64,000 bases of DNA from positions 8,170-72,169 of the forward strand of contig CAZNHE010000005.1 of the NCBI GenBank assembly GCA_964572735.1, written 5' to 3'. Under the pieces are notes generated by a model that searched no databases, was not told the origin of the DNA, and saw only the letters and a list, made by a program, of their open reading frames with translations. Origin of the DNA: an uncultured Chitinophagales bacterium (GTDB lineage Bacteria; Bacteroidota; Rhodothermia; Balneolales; DATFMH01). Positions within the stretch are counted from its first letter, which is position 1; each line of letters opens with the position of its first letter. This document shows, in pieces, positions 18,829-26,900 of this stretch. The translations under genes were made by a program, and so were the position numbers.

Positions 18829-21081
18829 TCATTTTAAAGTAAAGATATCCACCACAGAAGACGTTACACTGGTACCGCTGGGATAAGTGTATCGGCTTAC
18901 GGCTCCTCCTCCGAAAAGAATTTCATTGCCGGCAGCAGCGGCGGCCAGGTTTGTCCGGTCTACGCTTAATTCCATAGTTGTCCACTCGCCGGTGCCGATA
19001 TCATATACATCTACGGTCTTTGCAGATCTGTGGGATTGAGTATCGCCGGCAACGCCTCCGCCTATCAGTATTTTATCTCCAAGACCGGTGGCTGCCAGAT
19101 TCCGTCTTGCCTGACTGAGCTGTGCCGTACTCCACGTGCCGGTGTTTACATCATAAATATCAACGGTTTTCGATGCGAAATCATTGCCACCGGTATATCC
19201 ACCCGCAAAGATGATCTTGTTTCCCGCTGCTGCGGCTGTGTGCCAGTATTTTGCTTCGCTTAAGTGCGTTGTTGTCCATGTACCGGTATTCACATCATAA
19301 ATGTCGACTATGCTTAACGGTGAGCCGATGCCTACAGCATGCCCTCCTGCAAAAACTACTTTATTCCCCGCGCCGGCAGCGCATAATTCGTATCTCGCCT
19401 GGCTCAAATGGGATACGGTCCATTGTCCGGAAGTTACATCATATATATCCACGGTATTTGAAAAACCTGAGCTGCCGTATCCTCCTCCGAAAAGAATTTT
19501 ATTGCCGGCAGCTGCGGCGGCCAGGCCTTGTCTTGCTTCGCTCAACTGAGCGGTTGCCCATTGGCCAGTACTCACATCATAAATATCTACCATATTTGAA
19601 GGGGAATCGCCATCGTATCCTCCTGCGAAAACAATTTTATTACCCGCTGCTGCGGCGGCCAGGGCGCTTCTGGCTACGCTTAAATGCCATTGCGTCCATG
19701 AATTGGTAGTCACATCATATATGTCGACTTCAGCGGAAGGCCCGGAGCCACCTGCGAAAACGATCTTGTTGCCTGCACCCGCGGCAACCAGTCCTGCTCT
19801 GGCGGGAATGGTTGCAGAACCTGTGTATTCAACCTCTCCGGCCTGTTGCTGTTTTTGTTTTATTTCAAAAATAACATCGGCGTTATCATTATGGGCGGAT
19901 TGTCCATTTATCCTTATCCATAACTGTAATGCAACGGCCCCTATTTGTTGATCATAGTTGAATTTATAATCCGGGATAACAATTTCAATTTTTGTGTTGC
20001 TCCATGATACTACTTTTGGATCCGGTTGAAGCCGGCTTACGGGAATATTTTTTGTCCATAATTCTATGGTTGCATTTTTCGTATCAGGGTTAAGATATTT
20101 CCCGGTAACAGTGACCGTATCGCCGCCGCTAAAATGATACGCTTCTTTCCCGGGACTGGTCACATTGGTGATAATGGGATCATTTTCGAAATGTGCCGGG
20201 TCGCTTTTTATCCCGTTGCTGCTTACGACAAAATCCACATCAAAGGAAGACACAAACTGATCTACGTCATTTCTCTTCAGCGCTATTTTATCACCTTCAG
20301 GTTCCTTTATATATTCATCTGTTCCCTTCCTGTAAATGGAATCTATACTTACCTGATGGTTTCCATTGACCAGTACTTTTATTGCAGCATTTTGTTGATC
20401 CAGATTAGTCACGCTAAGATAATAGGGAGAAAGTGAATCGCTTGTATGTTTATACACAACTTGAATTACAGGCTTTTGCTGATAAATATAATCCACACTA
20501 TTGGATGATTTCTCATTTACCACCACTTTAACTTTTACTTTGCCCACAGCATGCTTTGGCGGTGCAACTATCAATTTTGTAGCTGAAAAAGATTGTAGGG
20601 AAGCGGCTTTGCCGTCAAACGTTACGGTTACCTTGCTTTGGTCATCGCCAAAGTTTTTACCGGTGATGGTTACTGCATTGAGGGTATAATCCCAGCCTAC
20701 TTTTGGAGAGATGCTGATAATCTGTGGCTGATCCGGTGTTAAATAGGTAAATACCGGTCCCCCTGCCGATTTGTCCCTCACTGTTACGGTTACTTTGCCG
20801 GTAGTGCCGTCCTGCGGCGCTATAACTTCCATGCTGGTTTCCGTGGTCTTTTTTATTTGTCCGGCCCGGCCATTGAATTTTACCGTGTTTTCCGCAAGAA
20901 TGAGGCTAAACCCTTCTCCCTTGATCGTTACCGGCGTTCCGGGTTTTCCGCCGGTTGGTGATATTTCATTTACCACAAGAATATCATCGGTTTCTGTATT
21001 ATTTATTTTCCGGCATTGGGTTAGAAGTATGCAGGAAAAGAAAAGTAGAAATGATATTTTAAAAACCGATTGCTTTTTCAT
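18829..21081 (-). CDS. Secreted (possibly lipidated) protein with IPT/TIG domains and a 7-blade Kelch-type beta-propeller
   Basis: The signal peptide is MKKQSVFKISFLLFFSCILLTQC. IPT-like segments include ISPTGGKPGTPVTIKGEGFS and ISPKVGW..VTITGKNFG. Seven tandem ~45-50-aa units follow the pattern A(A)AGNKI(V/L)F(A/G)GG ... VDIYDV.TG.W. The ORF track opens at 21120, but the ATG at 21081 gives the signal peptide. Confidence 0.8.
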   Translation of the reverse strand: MKKQSVFKISFLLFFSCILLTQCRKINNTETDDILVVNEISPTGGKPGTPVTIKGEGFSLILAENTVKFNGRAGQIKKTTETSMEVIAPQDGTTGKVTVTVRDKSAGGPVFTYLTPDQPQIISISPKVGWDYTLNAVTITGKNFGDDQSKVTVTFDGKAASLQSFSATKLIVAPPKHAVGKVKVKVVVNEKSSNSVDYIYQQKPVIQVVYKHTSDSLSPYYLSVTNLDQQNAAIKVLVNGNHQVSIDSIYRKGTDEYIKEPEGDKIALKRNDVDQFVSSFDVDFVVSSNGIKSDPAHFENDPIITNVTSPGKEAYHFSGGDTVTVTGKYLNPDTKNATIELWTKNIPVSRLQPDPKVVSWSNTKIEIVIPDYKFNYDQQIGAVALQLWIRINGQSAHNDNADVIFEIKQKQQQAGEVEYTGSATIPARAGLVAAGAGNKIVFAGGSGPSAEVDIYDVTTNSWTQWHLSVARSALAAAAAGNKIVFAGGYDGDSPSNMVDIYDVSTGQWATAQLSEARQGLAAAAAGNKILFGGGYGSSGFSNTVDIYDVTSGQWTVSHLSQARYELCAAGAGNKVVFAGGHAVGIGSPLSIVDIYDVNTGTWTTTHLSEAKYWHTAAAAGNKIIFAGGYTGGNDFASKTVDIYDVNTGTWSTAQLSQARRNLAATGLGDKILIGGGVAGDTQSHRSAKTVDVYDIGTGEWTTMELSVDRTNLAAAAAGNEILFGGGAVSRYTYPSGTSVTSSVVDIFTLK

Positions 21082-21109
21082 GATTTTAATTAGCCTGGCT
21101 AAATAAACG

Positions 21110-23209
21110 CTATTGCACAATTAACGTTTTCACTTCACTTACAGCCGATTCCTTTCCGTTTTCATATATCGCCTTGATGGCATATTGAAAACTTCCCTTT
21201 CCAATAGATTCTTTATAGGTCATTTTATTTCCCGGTATATTCCCGGCCATTTTCAGCCCTGTATTATTTTTCCCCTTATATAAAATGTAATAGCTGATAT
21301 CGCCGACCGGCGCTGCCCAACTCAGAACGGCACTGCTGTCATTTTTACTCACTTCAAAATTTTTGATGACGCCGGAATAGCCTTTACTGTACACATATAC
21401 ATTCAGAGGAAATGATTTACCGGAACTTAGTCCGCTGCTGTCAAAGGCTTCAATGGAATAGGAATAATTATGCAGCGGCTTTATATCATTGTCTGTGTAG
21501 GCGGAATCAATGGCAGGTAATTCTTCTATTAACACCCATGTATTTGTACTGTCGTCTTTGCGATAAAGCTTTTGAGCGGCTACATCTTCGCTGGCGCTGC
21601 GGTACCATTGCAATGCTACACTCGTATCGCTGACATTAAAATCATGTATGATAGCAGCCATTGGCGGGATCACATCCGGTTTTGCTAATTTCAATATCTC
21701 GGAAGCAGGACTGGCGTTCCGATTGCGGTCGTAAGCTATGACTTGATAGTAAATATCTTTAGTTAGCGTTTTCACGGTTATGGAATCGGTAAAGAGGGTG
21801 TCGGGTATCAAGATTCCAAGCAGTGGTGTAAAAACCTGGCTTGGATTGTTGCTGAAGAAAATGCGGTACCCGGCAAGATCCGGTTCAACATTCCAGTTCC
21901 AATGGATATGCACTATTCCCGTTGAATCGATTTTACCGGCTAAGCCAGTAGGTTGGGCAGGAGGGGTGTGGTCTTCGGCGTTCATATACGCCGGCATGGA
22001 CCTTCCGGAATTTAAAGCGGTATCAACAGCCGCTACGATGTAATAATTGGGCGCTCCTGTCTTTGGATGTTCATCCGTGAAGTCATGGGTTTCAAAACCC
22101 AGGAGGCTGTCGGTAAGCGATTCATAGGGCCCGTCCAGGTTAACACTCCTGCCAACGACATAGCCAATGAAGTCTGCTTCCTTAACGTTTTTTTCCCAAT
22201 GAAAGGAAATTTTGGAGCCGTTGTCGGTATTTTGAATCTGGGTGATGATAGGCGGGTGAGGCGGCGTGAGGTCTCTGCCCATTCCTATGACCACATCGGA
22301 AGGTTTCGACAGATCACCAAAGGCAGAAATGCCAATTACCCGGTACCTGTATTTAACATAGTTGGCAATGGTGGTATCTATAAATTCAATGGGTTTGGGA
22401 AGTCTTCCTTGTCTTTGAGAATAGACATAAGGCAAGCGGTTCAGCCGTTTATAATTTTGCCCATCCTTCGAACGCTCAATATAAAATGCCGAATAGCGGT
22501 CGCCGGTTGGATTATTATACCAAAAGAGGTGAATAACCTGATCTCCCGCAACCGTTTTCAAAATGGGGGACGGACTTGGTTTGGTTATTAAACCTCCGTT
22601 TACAAATACCAGAGCCGTATCGGAGCGAATAATTCTTTGCGAATCTACCGGGGTTACGGCATAGGTGTAGTAATGGTCTTTGTCTATTGTGCTATCCTCA
22701 TATCTTAATCCGAGGCCTTCGGCAATTTTGGCATTGAAATCGGCAATCATCAGGGCGAAGCCAAAGCGGTTTTGCTGTTCATGGTATTTGTTTATGATGT
22801 CTTGCATAGACATCGAGCCGGCTTTAAACGGTAATGTTTCGCCATACAGCAACTCGGCGGCCATGGCGGCCAGGCTGTCGTGTGAGGCTTCAAAATACTG
22901 CTGCCACTGCTGCATGGTCCACACCGGAATGTGGACAGAGTCTTTGGCTATTTCTTTAAAATCGCCATTAGCATCTTTTTCATATACTCGGCGGGTAACC
23001 TTGTAGCCGTCTTGCTTTGTCAGAATCCATGTGGCGGCGTCACCGGGCGCCCATCGCAGTACCACTTTACTACCATAATTTTTATAAATGAGATGCATGT
23101 GGGCAAGGGTATCTGCCTTGGTCGTATCCGGTTTCGCAGGGGCATTTATATTCTGCCCGAACCCCAAGCCGGGTAAGAAGAGTACGACGAAAAACAGATA
23201 TTTTATCAT
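21110..23209 (-). CDS. Secreted multi-domain protein with FN3-like repeats, function unknown
   Basis: The 699-aa ORF has the signal peptide MIKYLFFVVLFLPGLGFGQ and repeated FN3-like strand patterns (V.L.W, YR..A.D..GN.S..S, e.g. YYQVIAYDRNRNASPAS and YSYSIEAFDSSGLSSG). Confidence 0.65.
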   Translation of the reverse strand: MIKYLFFVVLFLPGLGFGQNINAPAKPDTTKADTLAHMHLIYKNYGSKVVLRWAPGDAATWILTKQDGYKVTRRVYEKDANGDFKEIAKDSVHIPVWTMQQWQQYFEASHDSLAAMAAELLYGETLPFKAGSMSMQDIINKYHEQQNRFGFALMIADFNAKIAEGLGLRYEDSTIDKDHYYTYAVTPVDSQRIIRSDTALVFVNGGLITKPSPSPILKTVAGDQVIHLFWYNNPTGDRYSAFYIERSKDGQNYKRLNRLPYVYSQRQGRLPKPIEFIDTTIANYVKYRYRVIGISAFGDLSKPSDVVIGMGRDLTPPHPPIITQIQNTDNGSKISFHWEKNVKEADFIGYVVGRSVNLDGPYESLTDSLLGFETHDFTDEHPKTGAPNYYIVAAVDTALNSGRSMPAYMNAEDHTPPAQPTGLAGKIDSTGIVHIHWNWNVEPDLAGYRIFFSNNPSQVFTPLLGILIPDTLFTDSITVKTLTKDIYYQVIAYDRNRNASPASEILKLAKPDVIPPMAAIIHDFNVSDTSVALQWYRSASEDVAAQKLYRKDDSTNTWVLIEELPAIDSAYTDNDIKPLHNYSYSIEAFDSSGLSSGKSFPLNVYVYSKGYSGVIKNFEVSKNDSSAVLSWAAPVGDISYYILYKGKNNTGLKMAGNIPGNKMTYKESIGKGSFQYAIKAIYENGKESAVSEVKTLIVQ

Positions 23210-23219
23210 GGTATTAATT

Positions 23220-23939
23220 TTATCTATTTCTGTATATGGTAATGGTTCGGCTAATGGGTAAATTTTGAATTTTATTAAAATCGATGAACCCTATCAGCAC
23301 TTTATAACCGCCTGAAAGCTCCGCGCTGGTATGTGCCGGTGCTATGGGTACATCGGTTATGGGATCGATGAAGCGAAAATCAGCCTTTATACTCGGCGGT
23401 TTGTGCAAACTTAAAGTCAAATCTCCGTTGTATTTCCCTATGTATATTTGATCCAGCATGCCCTGCATTTCATTGATTTTATATTCATAATATTTAACAC
23501 GTCTTTGATATTCTTTGGCCAAATCGTAATTATAATTTGCAAGAGCATTGGCAGAGAAATCTGTATAATCATCTTTCATTTTTTGATAAAAAGGTATTTG
23601 CCTTTCCAGTGCGTATTCCAAAACATCGATGTCTTTATTAGCTCTTAATGGGATGGCATAATCTACTGTCATATCCTTGTTTGCGGCTAAAATAGCATAC
23701 GCTTCAGCCTTTTTTAAGTTTTCTTTGGCTGATGCCGAAACATAAGTAGCGTTGCCTGAAGCTTTCATATTGGAGATTGCATTGCCCTTTCGGGTTTTAG
23801 TTACTGTTTGTTTGACGATTACATTTCTTGGCACGGCATTCATTACACTGTTCATCATACTTGCTGTAAACCTGATTTGTGCCATTGCGGTAGTCGTTAT
23901 GAAACATGTTATAAAAATTAAAAAGATACGTTTCATCAT
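23220..23939 (-). CDS. Secreted 239-aa protein, function unknown
   Basis: The signal peptide is MMKRIFLIFITCFITTTAMAQ. The ATG immediately follows the stop of the upstream giant gene (TAAATG). Confidence 0.6.
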   Translation of the reverse strand: MMKRIFLIFITCFITTTAMAQIRFTASMMNSVMNAVPRNVIVKQTVTKTRKGNAISNMKASGNATYVSASAKENLKKAEAYAILAANKDMTVDYAIPLRANKDIDVLEYALERQIPFYQKMKDDYTDFSANALANYNYDLAKEYQRRVKYYEYKINEMQGMLDQIYIGKYNGDLTLSLHKPPSIKADFRFIDPITDVPIAPAHTSAELSGGYKVLIGFIDFNKIQNLPISRTITIYRNR

Positions 23940-26900
23940 TTAATTGTTTACTTGATTGAATTTTGTGGCTGTGTTTACCATTTGTGAACGCTTAACTACC
24001 TTAAACCCCGATACATTTATTCCATTGATATAAGTAGGTTCGGCGGCTTTTATTTCCTTTGCAGTGAGTGGCTGATCGACGTCTTCAATGAATACAGGCC
24101 GCTGCGGAACACAATACCTGCCAAAGCTTACAGTACACCCAATCCCTTCTAATTGTAGTTCTCTCGGTGATAGGCCCTTCTCGATGCGGGCTTTATCCAA
24201 GTCTATATTCGCATCATCAAATTTTTTATATACCAGGGGTACCGCCTGTTCTTTCATCCATTTGTTTAAATCATTATTCTCTTTCAGGACTACCAAAGGC
24301 ATGGTATAGAACATGATTTCTTTATTGATATAATTGTCACTGGTGAAGCCTTTTACATCATACGTATCAAACCGCTCTGCTACTTTTAATTGAGAACCCG
24401 CGCCAAAGAAGTGATAAAGTACTTTATCAAAGCGAGCCCCGGCCATTTTATCCGCCAATGTATTATAACGGCTGGTTTTGAAATGATAGGAGTATAAAAC
24501 AACATCCAGGTTTTTATTACCGAGCGTTGCTTTATGGTTACTTGTATTAAAGGACTTATTTATATAGGCTGAATTTTTTTTATTATCAAAAGCCTGATAA
24601 TACTGGCTGCCTACTTTCATGGTATTACTGCCTTCCGTGTGAATGGCTCTATTGAGCCTGCTGGCCAAAGCAGGTGAAATATTATAAACGATGTAATCAT
24701 CCAATTTGGAGAATTGTGTACGCTTGATGATCTCAACCCTGATAATCGTCTCGTTGGGCAGTTTGGGTATATCAAAGTACAGATATTGGCCTGCTCCCTC
24801 AGTTATTGGACTTTCATAACCTGGTAATTCCTTGCCACCTTTAACCGGTGTGAATCGCGCAAAAAGCTTATATTTTTCTTTAACATTACGCAGACATCCA
24901 TAAGCTTTGTCCAGTATAATAGCGCCCCTTTTAGATTCACCCTGTAAAAAATAACGCTGATTGGGGAAGGGGTAAGCTCCAAGCCGATTGCGGGAGTCAG
25001 AAATTATCTGGTCCGGTTTGCATGCTCCTGTTTTAAAGGTTGAGGTAGAATCGCCAATTACGGGCTGCCCATTTTTATCTATAGCAGGAGTCCAACTATC
25101 TGTATAATGTGCCACAAAATTGGGTCCAATTGCTATCTTACTTTGCATAGCCTTCACCTTGATGTGCGTACGGTAATTAGTTTGGCCTTTAAGCGCATCG
25201 ATTGTCAATAGAGTGAGGTCATGATGATTATCATCGAAAGCGGGATGGCTGTCTTTGTCGCGGTAATCAGCGTAAACGGTATTATCATCAGTATTAGTTA
25301 TCGTTAAGTCATCAATTTCTATTTTAAATCGCCATGGCCTGTGGAAATTGGGGTCGATCAATTCAAACGGTTTTTCAATAGGATAGTTGAAGACGAATTC
25401 AGGATATGCATTTAAGGGTACTTCGGTTTTTCCATTGTTGGGTTTGACCTCTTGAATAAGCGGTAACGTAAATGCGCTTTTTTGTACTACGCACGCTTTT
25501 CCAATGGCTACTTTAAAGCCAATATTACCCTCAATCAGTCCATTTAACACTTCATAATGGGTATTGGTATATCCTTTAAGCCACATAGGGTTTGGAAGGC
25601 CGGCCTGGACCAGTATATCCGCCCGCAATCTTAAAGCAGTAAGTTTACAATCGTGGCAGAAAAACATATCCACATAAAGCCCAAAAGCACCTTCAAGCCC
25701 GGCATAAGCCTGTCCCAAGGCATACCAGCCATTAAATCCCCCCGCCTTTTCGCCATCAGCACAGGTTACCGCAGATTGAAGCGCGACGTCAAAACCAAGA
25801 CCGGCTTTGGCCTCAAAAAAGAAAACCAAAAACCTGAGGTCGTAGCTAAATTTAGCCGATGCCCCCATGACAACACCACCTTTAGAACTCATATGGAGTT
25901 TTTGGTAACCGGGCAGTTCCCCCACGTTTACAATACCGGGATCGGGTTCCGGCAAAGAAGAATTTATTTTATTGCCGGCCATGAAGTAGGCTTTCAGTTT
26001 TAGGTCCAGGATATGGAGAGGATCCTGCATAGAAAGGTGTATGCGTCTGCCATAGTCATTAGGGCCGGGGAGCGGCCGCGGATTTCCAATTTTTATATAA
26101 TAGTTTTGGTTTTTGGCATCGGCCAGTAACGCGAAATTTCCGCCTCCTTTAAACCAGCCAAGGTAATTTATGTCCACGGCAGCATTAATTGAAAAAACCT
26201 TGTCAGATACACCGATCAACCAGTCCACATCCGCTTTTACGGGCGCATTATCGTCAGCTTCTAATACATCACTTCCGCTGATTTTAAATAATTGAATGTA
26301 GGCATTGCCGTTTAGCGATTGAAGCGAAAAGCCACCCGCTACATTAAATGTAGCACCCAGTGTTCCGATACCTGTAAATAGGGTCCCATCCGAACTGCTT
26401 ATGCCCACCATTAATTTCATGCCAAAAGAACCTGGACGTGGCTGATATTTATCCAGCCTGTATTTGCTGCGGTTGGCAAAATAATCTTCCGGTTTCATGC
26501 TCTTCAGAACCGTTGGCGCCAGGTTATAATATGCCCCGCCGCCAAGCCCTTGCAGCGAAATGCCGGGGCCAATAGGAACGGGTTCGGGCAGAGTGCCGTA
26601 GGCGTCAAAATACCAGTAGTTGTTACCGCTTTTATTGCCAAACATCGCATGGCAATCTACCGAGGCGCCCGGCAGCCCGGCGAACGAGGCATGAAGTATG
26701 CCACGAATGCCGTCGCCGTAGGCTGGGTCGTCTCTCATAAAATCAATTTCACCCTTATCTATTTGAACAATACCCGCGAGGTTGCCGGAAACCTTAACCT
26801 TATTTATGTTGAAATCGGTTCGCTTCCAAATAGGCCGGTCGCCGCCCAACACGTTGGCTGATAAAACAAGAGTCGTGGTAGCATCGGGCAGCAGTTTGCT

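Noticed and set aside
18880-19800. ~150-nt periodicity in the DNA that could be mistaken for a repeat array or CRISPR.
   Set aside because: It is the coding sequence of the seven Kelch blades. The units are in frame, are diverged at synonymous sites, and have no spacer/repeat alternation.
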